NCBI RefSeq assembly: GCF_035084215.1
Contig: NC_090365.1
Span: 5,084,001 to 5,148,000 of the forward strand
Direction: 5' to 3'
Length of the DNA stretch: 64,000 bases
Source: Heptranchias perlo
Taxonomy: Eukaryota
Shown: positions 47,375-61,650 of the stretch, piece after piece
How positions within the stretch are numbered: position 1 is the stretch's first letter
Layout of the letters: every line of letters begins with the position of its first letter
Program-made: the position numbers and the translations under genes
Notes under the pieces: model-generated
Seen by the model: only the letters and a program-made list of their open reading frames with translations
Told to the model about the DNA's origin: nothing
Databases searched by the model: none

Positions 47375-47682
47375 AAGAAAATAAAGAACTTGCATTTATA
47401 TAGTGCCTTTTACATCCTCAGGACGCACTTAAGTGCTTCACAGCCAATGAAGTACACTTAAAGTTTTGAGCGCAAACACGGCAGTCAATTTGCACACAGC
47501 AAGATCCCATAATCCGCAAATGAGATGAGTGACCTGTTAATCTGTTTTGGTGGTGTTGGTTGAGTGAATGTTGGCCAGGAGACTGGGAAAAAACACACTG
47601 CTCCTCTTCAAATAAAAGTAACACAGGATCGTCTACATCCACCTGAATAAGTAGATAGGGCCTCGATTTTAAGTCTCGTCTG
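47375..47682 (-). mobile_element. Deu-domain SINE, 3' part
   Basis: CTTGCATTTATATAGTGCCTTT..GCACACAGCAAGATCCCA. Confidence 0.8.
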
Positions 47683-48764
47683 TTAAGACTATGGACCAAA
47701 GGTGATTTTGAAGAGAGGGTTTGATGAGGTTTTTGGAAAACGTAAGGATTCCATCGAGCTGCCCGTCAATGTAGTCCATACTGCAGACTCTACGTGACTA
47801 GCAAGCCTTTCCAAAAACAGTACATGTGCATTAATTCAGTTCTTTATGATAAAATAAAAAGAATCCACTGAACTCGAGTATTGTAGAAACTCTAACTGAA
47901 AAAGTAATCCTTTCCCAAGTTCTAAGATCATTTCCACTTACTAAAATGGTGTCTCAGTTCAATACTGGGGCCTGGTGATTTACACAAGATATTTGAGGCA
48001 GTAGTGGTTGCTATTTCTCTGATTGGAGACTGAACAGTTTGTACAAAACCAGTGTGCATACTGTATACAGACGCTCACGACAGCTCTACAGCTCTCCTAC
48101 CTCCCTGCAGAACTAAAGTGCCTGATCAGGAAGTTCTCTGGTTTGATCGCTGTGCTGAGTTGGCTGATTTCAACCAGATCTTTAGTGGAGACACTTGGAA
48201 ATGGCCTCTGGCCCTGCACTATGTAGGAGGAAAGTAATTAGCCAGGGCTCCAAATGTGTATCCACTGACCTGGGCTAGAAAATGCTTGTGTGTGGACATT
48301 AGTTGAAAACAGGATTGGGCTCAGCTGTGATAACCTTTTTTTAATCTCTCTTTCAGCCCTCCCACTGGTGAAATTGTCCTATGGCAGGAGCGACTGGTAT
48401 CAATCAGCACTCCTAATCCCTGTTCAGTTGGAAAATTCGTGTCATTTGAAGGCTAGGATAGAGTTGAGCTAGGCTGTGATGCTTCTGTAGTCAAATAGCC
48501 CACAGACACTTCCAGTCTAGATTCATACCTGTGAACTGATTACTTTGGAGGGGTGCCAGAGGGTGTTCAGCACCAATGGAACAGTACACAAATGTGTATC
48601 ATTGGCTTTGGGCAAGGAAGGAGAAATATTTAAATGCAAAGAAAAATGGTGCAGATAGCAGTTCCTCTGCTCTTCAAAACATTTGTGAGACTGTAGCTAT
48701 CCTAGATTAACGTTCATGAATTTTCCACCTCAGTCAGTGAACTGAAGTTCTGTATTTTTTTCCT

Positions 48765-49025
48765 GTTCTTGCACATCGCCTATTTTCATTGCTCCACCAA
48801 TGCCTTCAGTCACCCAGGCCCTAAGCTCTGGAATTCCCTCCCTAAACCTCTCCACTTCTCTCTCTCCTTTAAGTCGCTCCTTAAAACCTACCTCTTTGAC
48901 CAAGCTTTTGGTCTCCTGTCCTAATAGCTCCTTATGTGGCTCGGTGTCAAATTTTGATTGATCGCTCCTGTGAAACGCCTTGGGACGTTTTACTATGTTA
49001 AAGGCGTTATAAAAATACAAGTTAT
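48765..49025 (+). mobile_element. L2 LINE 3' end
   Basis: L2 tail consensus. Confidence 0.85.
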
Positions 49026-49599
49026 TAACTAGCTTTGTAATTAGAATGCTGTATAGTGGTGATATGATACCTGGGATCATGTTTGCTGCTATAAATGTTT
49101 GTGAATTAAGTTTGAACTAATCCAAAAACATATAGCATAAATTTGCAGTGTAACAGATAGCAGCATGAGCGAATTACACTAGCAGTATGTAGCCTGTTAG
49201 AGGCCAGATCAATCCCTTGGGGGATAACTTGGGCAGCGGTAGCATAGAGGATCAGGAAATGATGTGTAGCTCACATCTAGACATTTTGGCTCGGGAATCT
49301 AGAGTGCAAGTAGACATTAGTAAACCATGTGCTATGAAGATGGTATACACCCTAGCATTCTCCAGGACATGGGCGAGACTGTGGTTAATACGTGTAGGCT
49401 GCATTTCTACTGCCATTTTTCCATCAATGCAACGTGGTTTTGGGTCCATATAACTCGGCTGACTACAGAGTGTGCACTAAAGTCATGAAGTGCAAAACCC
49501 CCTTCAGAAGGGAGTCTCGCACCCGTTCCCAAAGAGTGCAATATAAATCCAGCCTTTTGGAGTTTCATAACATGAGGAATGAAGAACAGCATTTGCTAC

Positions 49600-50130
49600 C
49601 CTGATACTCAAAAACAGAATGAGCTATGAACCTAGAAATTATAAACCAATTAGCCTGAATTCTGTGGTGGGGAAAAATATTTGAGAGCATTTTGAGGGAT
49701 GCAGTCATTACTTGCCCAAAGAGCCCAGAGGCCACAAGGAGTCGTCACCATAGATCAGGAAGCCTTGTGATATGCCTCACTAATCTGCAATCCTTTGAGG
49801 AGATTTTCAGAAGACATTTGATAAAGTTATATCCGTGAGACTTTTAAAGAAGGTTAAGGCTCATGGAATTAATGGCAAATTAGCTAACTGGATCGAAAAT
49901 CATCCTGCTAGTAGGAAACAGATGGATTAATAAATTGAAAAGGTTGGTCTATGGACCAGTGACTGATGAAGTTTGCAGATAGGTCTGTTCTGATAATTAT
50001 GAAGAGCAGGAATTAACTTTGGGAGGGGTGCATCCTAAACTGTAAAATTTGCTGTTGAGACAGATAGGAGAAGACGTGACATAGGCAGGCGATTTGGACC
50101 AGTTAAGCTCCCATATGCATTGGCATAATC
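49600..50130 (+). mobile_element. Ancient CR1 RT fragment
   Basis: NYKPISLNSVVGK..KTFDKV..KVKAHGINGKLANWIEN remnants with frameshifts. Confidence 0.65.
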
Positions 50131-53100
50131 TATGACAAACTGATTGTAGGGATACTGGAGATGTGCCCATGCACATGGCTGGTTTGGAAAGAGGGGAAAT
50201 GAGGTGTCATTGGAGGGTGGTCTGAAATGGAGGCAATTAGTTGGGGCAGAGCCAGGAACTTCCCTCTGCTTCCAAGCTCATTGTACCTGAGCTGGGAGAG
50301 TTTGCTGGCAATGTGTCTGCAGAATGAGAAAATATTCCATTCCCCAGCACTAAAGTCCCTCACCTTAATACACACAAAAAGAAAATTTAGAAATAAATCA
50401 TTTCAACTTCAGTACAGCCCTGGAACTAGTGGGTACACTGGTAAGATGATAGTGCTGTGACTTCATCGATCACTAGCCTGAGTTAGAGGGCAAGATATAG
50501 GGCCAAAGAGACTAGCATGAAATCTGAGCCAGCGTGACCTAGGTAAATTTTCAACATAAATCTTCCTGTGTTGATGTGCTCCTTTTAAAATGGATGTCTA
50601 AAACTTATTTAGCAGAGTGAATTTCTCTTCATTGTCAGTGCTTGTAAATGTAGGAGACAAACAATGTGCAATTAATTAGCCTGTGTTCATTTGGAATTCA
50701 GGTTCAGTGAATGCTGCTTTGATTTTAGTGCTGCAGTTGGCTGTGTTCCAAGTATCCTGCTATTCTACAGTAACAACACAAACCTGTATTTCAGCACTTT
50801 CTTTGAACTGGTGCAATTCGATGTCAGATGTGATTGAAGTGGCATGTGTTACAGCACTTGATTTTTGAGCACCCTGTCCTTTTTAAATAATGATTTTCCA
50901 GTATTGTGAATGATTTTTGGTGCGAAATGATTATTAGAAACAGATGCCATTAAGTTCTAAGGGGAGGGAAATTCTAGGTTGAGTACTTTCTGTTGAAAAT
51001 GTATTTCCATTTTATAATTTAAAAAATTCTCCGCACATTTAGGCTACACTTTTTGTAAGAGCAAAATATTAGTTGAGGGTGTGGCCTATGCTAGTTCCTT
51101 TCTTCCCGGGGAGGGTTTAAGTTTGGACTGCCACCTATATACATGTCAATGCAATGTTTACAAAGTTTATTTTTCAAAACTATTAAGCGTTGTAACTGAA
51201 CGGAGGCCTGCCACATCAGGTTTCCTGCTCTGTGACGTGGCCAACAGAATCGACTTGGCGCAGCTCCATTGAAAATAGTGGAATTATATGATTTTTGAAC
51301 TGGCCCAAGCTGATTTGAAGTGGCTGACTCGAGGGTGACATGCAACCATCCCATAATTCGCAGGCCTGCTCGCAGTTGGTGATGCCTCAGACAGGCGTAG
51401 CAGTATCGGGGCTAAGGCTTTGTGCAGGCTTTTTTAAAAAATAAAAGATATTTTCAAAACTGCTTAAGAACCTATAATATATTAAAAGTCTTTCAGAGAC
51501 TTCCTGTAAGTGTCACTACCATGGCAAGTAACACTTTTCCTGTCACATTTTGTTGATGACGACCCTGTCACAAAACAGCGTATCCCCTGATTCGCCGTTA
51601 GCCTCAGCCAATTGACTGTGAATATCTTTCTTGCAAGCTCATTGCCCACCATGTTTAGCCAAGCAATCATCAAACAGTTCAAAGCGACTTGTTTCAGTTG
51701 CTTGCCACACTTCCCAATTCAGATTGTTGATCTGTTCTGTGGCAGGCTTCTCAAAAAAAAAAACAATAATAATTCTTGCTCACAAGAGGAACATTTTATA
51801 GGACTGCAATCCTTTTTAATGATTCCATCCCATTTATCTTTTCATTGCTGTTTTTGTATCCTCCTGAATGGAGGTGCCCTGTGGAAAAATTTCAACAAAG
51901 CAAGATTTAATTTAATTTCGTAACTGCCACATCAAGGACACCATCAGCGCGTGAGCATCACAACACTGGAAGACAGATAGTTCAAACTATTTTTCCAATT
52001 TTTCTCCTTGAGCAGCATCCTTGGAGATCAAGTAATATTTTTATGTACTAGTCTAGTGCTTGCCCATGGTCATTTGATGAATATAAGTTATATAAAATAT
52101 GGTGGCAGAGTTGGGAGACTTCAGAGAGGAAAAAAAATTCCCCCCCCCCTGCCCCGGGTCACCCTAGTGGTTAGAGTGTGCAACTGCACTGTGACCGTTG
52201 ACATAGCAAAATTAAATTTGGAATCTTGCAGTAGCAATTTACAATGATAAATGTTGCTACAAAAATGTGACTCAAAATCTTGATAACAGGAAATAAGGTT
52301 GTGTGCACCCAAAGCAATATTTTTAACATAGATTGTTTTCAGTGGAGTAGTTTCCAATTAAAAGTACTCTCCCGAAATTTTTCTCCCCCTTTAAACTTTC
52401 GAGGACCATAATGTGTGTCTATGTGTATATTTTAAAACTTTCAGCACTGCTCAGAGAAAGGAACCTCATCAATCATATTGTCCCCAACTAACTGGGATCG
52501 ATTTGTACAGCTACAAGAACAGATTTCCCATATTCTCCAGGGATGTTGGTAGCCTAAATTCTTAAATGTTTCCCATGCTTCACATTCTAAACTGATGCTG
52601 GACTTCTTCCACAAGTTTTCGCAAATAGATATAGATAGAGAAGGCATTGGGGTCCCTCCTAGCTCATCCATCCAGGAAAAAAAACCTGGCATATTGCAGC
52701 ATCCAGCGTTTACTGAAGAGTCCAGGAATTTTGCCTCAGCTCTCCTTCCCAGAAGTGCTTTCATTCAGTACTATTATGCTTTTGGGTTTTTGCGTGTTGA
52801 GGTAATTTCCTCAACTCAGTGCCAAAACCCACTCCTGAGTGCTTGTTCCCAATGAGTAGGAGTGTGACTTTATACGCCAGCTTGTGTATGATTGGTTGGT
52901 TGCATGGGGCATGCATGATGAGAAGTAACTCACCTGCCTGCCTTCTGCTTTAGAATAGCAATCATGGTGGGTGGAGGAGAATTTATCAAATGGGAAATGG
53001 AGGGTTTTGCTCAGAGAATTTTTCAGAAATATTACATTGACTAAATATTTGTGGTTATACATTGGCGAACAATAGAACTACAACAACCATGTCCTGATGG

Positions 53101-53294
53101 CTGTAAAAATAAAATGCTACATGAAAGAAAACTTGCATTTATATCCTCATGATGTCCCAAAGCTCTTCACAGCCCATTAAGTTTTTTTTTTCCCTAAGTG
53201 TAGTCACTATTGTAATGTATTTATTCAATACTTTTTTTGGTCGAGGGTGAGACATTTTTAAGGTGAATTTTTTCCCTCCTACTTGCTCTTATCT

Positions 53295-53530
53295 TGGAAC
53301 AGGAGGAGTCCATTCAGGCCCTTCAGTCTGTTCCGCCATTCAGTTGGATCATGACTGATCTGTATCCTGAATCCATTTACCTACCATTGCTCCATATACC
53401 TTGATACCCTTACCTAATAAAAATCTGTTAATCTTGGTCTTGAAAATTTCAATTGACCCCGAGCATCTGCAGCTTTTTGGAGGAGAGTTTTCCAGATTTC
53501 CATTGCCTTTTGTGTGAAGAAGTGCTTCCC
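53295..53530 (-). mobile_element. CR1 3' end
   Basis: GGAACAGGAGGAG..GATCATGACTGATCTG; similar to 7380-7620. Confidence 0.7.
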
Positions 53531-53865
53531 CATCAGGAACTGGTAGTGCACTTCCCAGCCTCCACCTGTGGAGTTGGGAAACCAGCTGCTAGGAGATGCA
53601 CAAGAGGGAGTTGGGAAACAGTCTAATTTTCCTGATTGAGTGTGTGCGGAGGATTATGGCTGACCTTAAGTCAGCAGCTAGAAGATCAAAATAATAAATA
53701 ATATTCTCTAATTTTAACATATCTAAATAACTGCGCTGTACTTAGGACTGAGGATAGATGGCGCAAGGCTTATTCCAGTTCTGAAATGATGTACAGTGCA
53801 GTTTTTAAAAATACAATTCACCATTTTTTTATGTTTAAAAAAAAGTGATCTGTCCTTTTTTAAAA

Positions 53866-54065
53866 AGGGCATGCATTTATTTAGTGCCTTTCACAACCTC
53901 AGGATGTTCCAAAACGATTTACAGCCAATGAATTACTTTTGAAGTGTAGTCACTGTTATAATGTAGGAAACGTGGCAGACAACTTACGCACAGCAAGCTT
54001 CCACTAACAACAATGTGATAAACGACCAGATAATCTGTTTTAATGATCGTTGAGGGATAAATATA
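53866..54065 (-). mobile_element. Deu-domain SINE 3' part
   Basis: GTGCCTTTCACAACCTCAGG..TGAAGTGTAGTCACTGTT.. Confidence 0.8.
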
Positions 54066-54717
54066 AAAGTAGTAAAATTGGCATCCATTTTGTGTCTGAG
54101 GTGCAACTGAGGGATCTTAAGTTGGTATTTCTCCTATTAAAAATTGGAAACTTATACATGCAAATTCCATAGTCTGTTTTTTGGTCAGAGACACCTATTC
54201 TTTGATGTATATGTGGATAGAGTTGTATTTGCAGAATCTCATGCCTCCATTACTGGCGTGGGCAACGTTTGTCAACTCCATGAAAGCACTGGGTGTTTCC
54301 GAGTTTATTTCATTACTTGGATCTCTCTGACTGTGGATTGAAAATGACTTTTAGATTCTGAGATTATCCAGTCGACAAACCTCCTTATCAGATGACCTTG
54401 AAATCACCAAAGGATTTTGTTATGAAAGGGAAGAGGTTGTGTACATTTTGAGCTTTTGTACTCCCAACATGTCGCATTAGCGCAGTACTTATTGAGAACT
54501 TTTTTCTGGTAGAGAGAGAGATGTGTTTTTAAGATAAATTTTCACCTCTATTGGGTCTCACTGTGCCATGCACCATCTGCAACCCAAGGCAGGTAGCTCA
54601 GTCACAGGCCCTTGTGCATTGTGTTAGGAAACCAGCTGACAGAAAGTGCTGATGAGGGGCTTGGGGTGGGGGCGGGGGGGGGGTGGGGAGCATAGCTCCT
54701 TGTCCCGCAAAACTGCA

Positions 54718-55072
54718 AATTCTTGTTATCGTTGTGTTTAAATCTCTCCATGACCTCTTCGCATACTATTCCTGTAACCTCCTCTAACCCTACCCTCTCT
54801 CCCCTTGAATTATCCATTTGTTTAACTCCTGCTTCTTGTGCATTCCCTCCCTTTGCTCACCATTGGCTATGCTGTCAGCTGCCTGGGTTCCACTCTAGAA
54901 TTCCCTCCCCAAAACCTCCACCTCCATCTTCTCCTTTGAGACCCTCCTTAAAACCTCCTTCGACCAAAGTTTTGGTCTGCCCTCCTCGTTTGGCTCAGCG
55001 TCAGATTCCCTCATGCCTCTGTGCAGCACTTGGGGCTGTTTTTCTGTGTTAAAGATGCAGTATAAATGTAAG
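54718..55072 (+). mobile_element. Old L2 3' end (further old copies at 55360-55665 and 60955-61220)
   Basis: Degenerate L2 tail. Confidence 0.65.
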
Positions 55073-55719
55073 CTTAATGTTGACGCTGATTTTTCCTCCC
55101 TGGGGAAGTGTTTAATTTTTGTTTGGTGCCTCCCTCCAGCGCATGGCTGAGATTGGCAAACTGCTGTGGATGATCGAGGCTATGACTGACCTTGAGTCAG
55201 CAGCTAAAGATCAAAGTAATAAATTATATCCTCAAGATCTTCACATCTAAAGAACTGCACCATGCTTCGGACTGAGCTTAACAAATGAAGTAATAAGGAT
55301 TAGCTGTTCTGTCGTAGGACGTTCCGAAGCCCAGCCGGATGTTTTACATCCCACGCAAAATCCTGCTCATATATCACTTCTATCTTTACTAACCTCTATT
55401 GTGTCCCTGCCTTGTCTTCATATTTCTTTATGGCCCCTCTACCTTTGCAACCTCTTCCTGTCCTGTATCCTAACTTGTACCCTCTGCTCTTCCAAAACTA
55501 ATCTTCTGTGTCCTTCCCTTCCCCCTTCTTTTGCTCTTCCTCTGCTCTTGTCGGCTTTAAGCAGTCTTGCTTGTACATTCTGGAACTTCCTCCCTAAACT
55601 CCTTTATCATGTTACATCCCTCTCTCTGCTCCCTCCCTTCAGAATCCTCCTTAAAACCTATCTCGAGAGCACAGAAGGCCATCTACCCATGTCCCCCTCC
55701 TACTCCTGCTCAGGACTGA

Positions 55720-58628
55720 TCCCAAACTCTAATGAGAAAAGTCAAGACAACAAAACAGTGTAGTGATTTGGGTAAAGATAAGCAGAGTGTGTCAGGAAGG
55801 GACAGAGAGCTTACCGGTAATAGTGCATCAGCCAATAAGGTCAAAGCAGGAAAAAATGGTAAAATGTCAAAATTCATGGCTCTTTACCTGAATGCACGGA
55901 GCATTTGTAACAAGATAGACAAATTAGTTGCACAGATAGAGATAAATGGTTTTGATCTAATAGCCATTACAGAGACATGGTTGCAAAGTGACCAAGGTTG
56001 GGAACTAAATATTCCAGGGTACATGACATTTAGAAAAGACAGGCAGAAAGGAAAAGGAGGGTGTAGCCCTAATAATAAAGGATAACATAAAGACAGTGGC
56101 TCGGAAGATCAGGAAGTAGAATCATTATGGGTGGAAATAAGAAATAACAAGTGGCAGAAAACATTGGTGGGAGTAGTTTATAGGCCCCCTAATAGCTATA
56201 CCGTTGAACAGAGTATTAATCATGAAATAATAGGAGCTTGTAACAAAGGTAATGCAGTAATCATGGGGGACTTTAATCTTAGACTGGGCAAATCAAATTG
56301 CCAAAGGTAGTCTGGAGGACGAGTTCATGGAATGCATTCGAGACAGTTTCCTAGAACAATAAGTTATGGAACCAACCAGGGAACAGGCTATTTTAGATCT
56401 TGTATTGTGTAATGAGACAGGGTTAATTAGTAATCTCATGGTAAAGGATCCTCTGGGGAAGAGTGATCATAATATGATAGAATTTCACATAGGGTTTGAG
56501 AGTGATGTACTTAACTCAGAAACTAGAGTCTTAAACTTAAACAAAGCCAATTACATAGGTATGAGGGGCGAGCTTGCTAAGGTAGATTGGGAAATTCGAT
56601 TAAAGGGTATGACGGTCGCTAAGCAATGGCAAACATTTTAAAGAAATATTTCAATATTCTCAACAAATATACATTCCATTGAGAAATAAAAACTCCACGG
56701 GAAAAGTGATCCATCCATGGTTAACTAAAGAAGTTAAGGATAGTATTAGATTAAAAGAAGAGGTCTCTGATGTTGCCAAGAAGAGTAGTAAGCCTGAAGA
56801 TTGGAAGAGTTTTAGAAACCAGCAAAGAATGACCAAAAAATTGATAAAATGGGAGAAAATAGAGTATGAAAGTAAACTAGCAAGAAATATAAAAACGGAT
56901 TGTAAGAGCTTCTACAAGTATATAAAAAGGAAGAGAGTAGCAAAAGTAAACGTTGGTCCCTTAGAGGCTGCGACAGGAGAAATTATAATGGGAAATCAGG
57001 AAATGGCAGAGACGTTAAATAAATATTTTGTATCTGTCTTCACAGTAAAAGACACAAAAAGCATACCAGAAATAGTGGGGAACCAAGGGGCTAATGAGAG
57101 TGAGGAACTTAAAGTAATTATCAGTACAGAAAAAGTACTAGAGAAACTAATGGGACTAAAAGCCGATAAATCCCCTGGACCTGATGGCCTACATCCGAGG
57201 ATTCTAAAAGAGGTGGCTGCAGCGATAGTGGATGCATTGGTTCTGATCTTCCAGAATTCCCTAGATTCTAGAACGGTCCCAGCGGATTGGAAGGTAGCAA
57301 ATGTAACCCCGCTATTCAAGAAAAGAGGGAAAGAGAAAATGGAACTACAGGCCAGTTAGCCTAACATCAGTTATCAGGAAAATGCTGGAATCCATTATTA
57401 AGGAAGTGGTGACAGGGCACTTAGAACACCATAATATGATTAGGCAGAGTCAACGTGGTTTTATGAAAGGGAAATCGTGTTTAACAAATCTATTAGTTTT
57501 TTGAGGCTGTAACTAGCAGGGTAGGTAAAGGGGAACCAGTGGATGTAGTATATTTGTATTTTCAAAAGGCATTCGATAAGGTGCCACATAAGATTGTTAT
57601 GCAAGATAAGAGCTCATGGGGGTGGGGGTAACATATTAGCATGGATAGAGGATTGGTAAACGGACAGAAAACAGAGAATAAGGATAAACGGGTCATTTTT
57701 GGGTTGGGAGGCTATAACTAGTGGTGTGCCGCAAGGATCGGTGCTTGGGCCTCAGCTATTTACAATCTACATTAATGACTTGGATGAAGGGACCAAGTGT
57801 AATGTATCCAAGTTTGCTGATGATACAAAGCTGGGTGGGAAAGTAAGCTGTGAGGAGGACACAGAGTCGGCAAAGGGATTAGACAGGTTATGTGGGCAAG
57901 AAGGTGGCAGATGGAGTATAATGAGGGGGAATGTGAGGTTATGCACTTTGGTAGGAAGAATAGAAAAACAGAATTTTTTTTAAATGGTGAGAAACTATTA
58001 AATGTTGGTGTTCAGAGGGATTTGGGTGTCCTCGTACAAGAAACACAAAAAAGTTAGCAAGCAATTAGTGAGACCTTATCTAGAGGACTGAGTAGAGTTT
58101 TGGTCTCCTTATCGAAGGAAGGATATACTTGCCTTAAAGGCAGCGCAACGAAGGTTCACTAGATTAATTCCTGGGATGAGAGGGTTGTCTTATGAGGAGA
58201 GGTTGAGTAAAATGGACCTATACCCTCTGGGGTTTAGAAGAATGAGAGGTGATCTTATTGAAACATATAAGATTCTGAGGGGGATTGACAAGGTAGAGGC
58301 TGAGAGATTGTTTCCCCGGCTGGAGAATCTAGAACTAGAGGGCACAGTCGCAGGATAAGGGGTCGGCCATTTAAGACTAAGATGAGGAATTTCTTCACTC
58401 AGGGTTGTGAATCTTTGGAATTCTCTACCCCGGGGGCTGTGGATGCTGAGTCGTTGAGTATATTCAAGGCTGAGATAGATAGATTTTTGGACTCTAGGGG
58501 AATCAAGGGATATGGGGATTGGGCAAGAAAGTGGAGTTGAGGTCGAAGATCAGCCATAATCTGATTGATTGACGGAGCAGGCTCAAGGAGCTGTATGGCC
58601 TACTCCTGCTCCTATTTCTTATGTTCTT
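55720..58628 (+). mobile_element. CR1 LINE covering all of ORF2, multiply frameshifted; related to 11111-15764
   Basis: YLNARSI, IAITETWL, GKSDHN, KSPGPDGLHPRILKE, QGSVLGP, FADDTK; CCTACTCCTGCTCCTATTTCTTATG tail. Confidence 0.92.
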
Positions 58629-59627
58629 GTGTGACACCATGTAAATGGAAGTTGTTGTGTAATGGCGATTGCTTCATCAAAATGAGATAGCTGACTGGCT
58701 GGTGCATTGTCATACATACACGTTGCACCCATAGTATGTGGGTTTGTACTAGTGTTGCTGTGTGTAGCTAAGATTTTGTTTTCTTGGCATGGAGTTTACC
58801 AATATGAAAGCAAATCTGTGAATGTACACCAAGCATGGTCTGTCGCCCTTCAACTTGCCAATGCCCTCTTTGGGCTCACCAGATTTTGCGAGGGGCGAGA
58901 TGATGAACAAATGTTAGATTCTTCCTCCGAGGGCGAGCAAAATATTGCTGGAGGGGAAAGGAGATGGGGCGATGCCATAACCTATTTTTGCACTACTGGC
59001 CTGTCACACAAATATTGGCAAAGGCCTGGGAACTTCTTGGCTGTGGAATTGGAGCAGAGAGGATGGAGGGCGGGCTGGGAATCTCAAGAGGGAGGAAGTA
59101 ACATTCTTAAAATGAGGTAGTAAAAAAAAAAACAACATAATATAAATAAATTAACATCATAGGGCGCAGGTGAAAGGGATAAAACAACAAAAGCGAGTTC
59201 TTATGGAGGGAGAGAGTGACAAGGCTTGTAGTTTCAGATGTTCGAAGTGTTTACTGCTTTTGAAAAGATTTAACGATCACCATTATTAAAATGCTTTGCT
59301 GCTTTTCTCACTTCACATTTTGATATTGCTTCAGCCTCTGCTAATATAATCACAGAAATTCCAAGCCAAAAGGAGGCTCTTCGGCCCATTTTAAATACGT
59401 GCATTTAAAATATATTGCACACTTTTCTCGGCCCTTTCCCTACCTAATGCCATCATCAAAAGAACTGCAGAGATTCTCGGGACATCTGGGGATGGGCACT
59501 AAATGCAGCCTTGCCAGCGCAATCTACATCATGTGAAATTTTTTTTTAAGAAAGCGAATTTGACAAATAGACTGCGAGATTTTTTTGCCTGTACTTGCGA
59601 CCCAATCATTATAACGCGCACAAGATT

Positions 59628-60045
59628 TCAGCTGTGGCTTGGTGGTAGTACTCTCGCCTCTGAGTAAAATGGTTGTGAATTCAAACTTGAGCCCACAATC
59701 TAGGCTGGCACTTCAGTGCAGTATTGAGGAAGTCCTGTAATGTTGGAGGTGTCGTCTTTCCAATGAGACGTTAAACCGAGGCCCCGTCTGTCCCCTCAGG
59801 TGGATGTAAAAGGTCCCATGGCACTAATTTGAAGAAGAGCAGGGGAGATCTCATGGTATCCCTCAACCAACATTACTAAAAATAGATAATTTGGTCATTT
59901 ATCACACTGCTGTTTGTGGTACCTTGCTGTGTGCAAATTGGCTGTGTGTTTCCTACATTACAATAGTGTCTACAATTGAAAAGTACTTTATTGGCTGTCC
60001 TGCAAACATGAAAGGCACTGTATAAATGCAAGCTTGCTTTCTTTC
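59628..60045 (+). mobile_element. Near full-length Deu-domain SINE
   Basis: tRNA-like head, GGTGTCGTCTTTCCAATGAGACGTTAAACCGAGGCCCCG central domain, L2-like tail. Confidence 0.85.
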
Positions 60046-61479
60046 TTGTTAGGGTTAACTACTAATCCTTTCACCAGGCTGCTGTGGCAGACCAGCCAAT
60101 TGCAACCAGTCGCCTGGTGTCTCGAATGACAGGTGCACAGCCATCTGTTCATTTAAACCCTCCCAAGAATTCTGTGCAGCAATGTCTGAGAAAGTTTCAG
60201 CCATCAAACGCAGATCGAACTAATATCACTTGCCCTGATGGCAAAAAGAACTTTTTCAAAACGAACAGTCGTACAGACTACTGATGGTAATTATTGAGGT
60301 TCACGCATGGCGAATGGCCATTTGAGGTACCAGAGAGTGGTTGGCTCCTACAGGCCCATATCTCAATAAGAGGAGGGGATAACATTGGGGAGGGGGAAAA
60401 GTAAGGGAGTTTAGCAGGAACATAAATTGTGAAAATTTGCAATATCAATTAAATTAAATAGCTTCCTGTACTGACGGATCTGAGATACTTTCCAGATTCT
60501 AAAATCCTACTATTGGAATTTGAAGTATTTCCATATCTGTGTTCACAGCGTAAGTGAATGAGATGATCCAGAGCTAGTTGATGGCTTTGATGCCTTTGCT
60601 CTGGCCTCTGCAAATGGCAGTGTGATGGATTGTCTTAAGTTTTGCTGTGGACTATATTTCAGGGCTAACAGTTGAGAGGGTAATTGCTGTCAGCTCCAAA
60701 ACCTCTGGAGAGAATGAACATTGAGTCATTTTTTTTATACTGTGGGTTAGAGCACTGCACAAGCTAAGTGGATTCGTGAACCTGTGAGCTCTGCTCCCTT
60801 CTGTTTTTGCTTGTAGTGTGCTGCTTCTCCACGTTGAGCCCTAGGGGAGGCCTGAGGTCTGTGTTGTCTCCTTTGCCAGTTCTCAGGACTCAAAAATTTT
60901 GGACCCAGATGCTGTTGGAGGCAAGAGGTTGTTCATGATGCACACGTCTTTGCCGACCTGCAGTGGCTCCAATAACGTTTTGAATTTAAAACTTGTTCTT
61001 GTCTTTTAAATCCCTCCATGCCTACCTCTGCATTAGGGTTAGGGTTACAGCCTTGTAATCCCTTATGAAGTCTCAGTTCCTCTAACTCCTGTCTCTTATA
61101 CAACCCCTCTCCCTTTGTCCCATCTTTGGCTGCCGTGCCTTCAGTCACCTAAGTCCCACTCTCTGGAACTCCCTTCCCAATCAACTCCACCTTCCTCCCC
61201 TCCTTGAAATCCATCTCTTTCTCTCTGCTGTCAACAGCATATTGTCACTAACTTAGGTTTAGGTACTTTTATGCTCTGTGGGTATATTGTTGTTCATTGA
61301 AGGTTGTGCTCCCCTTTATTTCCACATGGATTACATTTGCAACTGGCAAGGCAGTCTGGGCAGCCTTTAAGGTTGTTGCCAAATCCACACTTAGCTGCTA
61401 AGAAGTGTGCTATAGTGACATGGCAGGTGAACCCCATCTGAATCTTTTGAATGCCCTCCTTAAGCAACTCAACAAAGAT

Positions 61480-61650
61480 TCATAATCACTTTTAAAGAGG
61501 AATTGGATAAATATTTGAGAGAGAAAAAATGTAAAGGGTTTGGGGAAAGGGCTGGGTTCTGGGACTAAATGGATAGCTGTTTGAGAGTGAGGGCAGGTGC
61601 ACTGGGCCAATTGGCCTCCTTCTGTACCATTAAATTCTATGATTCTATAA
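61480..61650 (+). mobile_element. CR1 3' tail
   Basis: TTTAAAGAGGAATTGGATAAA..GGCCTCCTTCTGT..ATTCTATGATTCTAT. Confidence 0.75.

Noticed and set aside
61033-61047. TTAGGG telomeric repeat
   Set aside because: Only about 2.5 units inside an old L2 tail; too short to call an interstitial telomere
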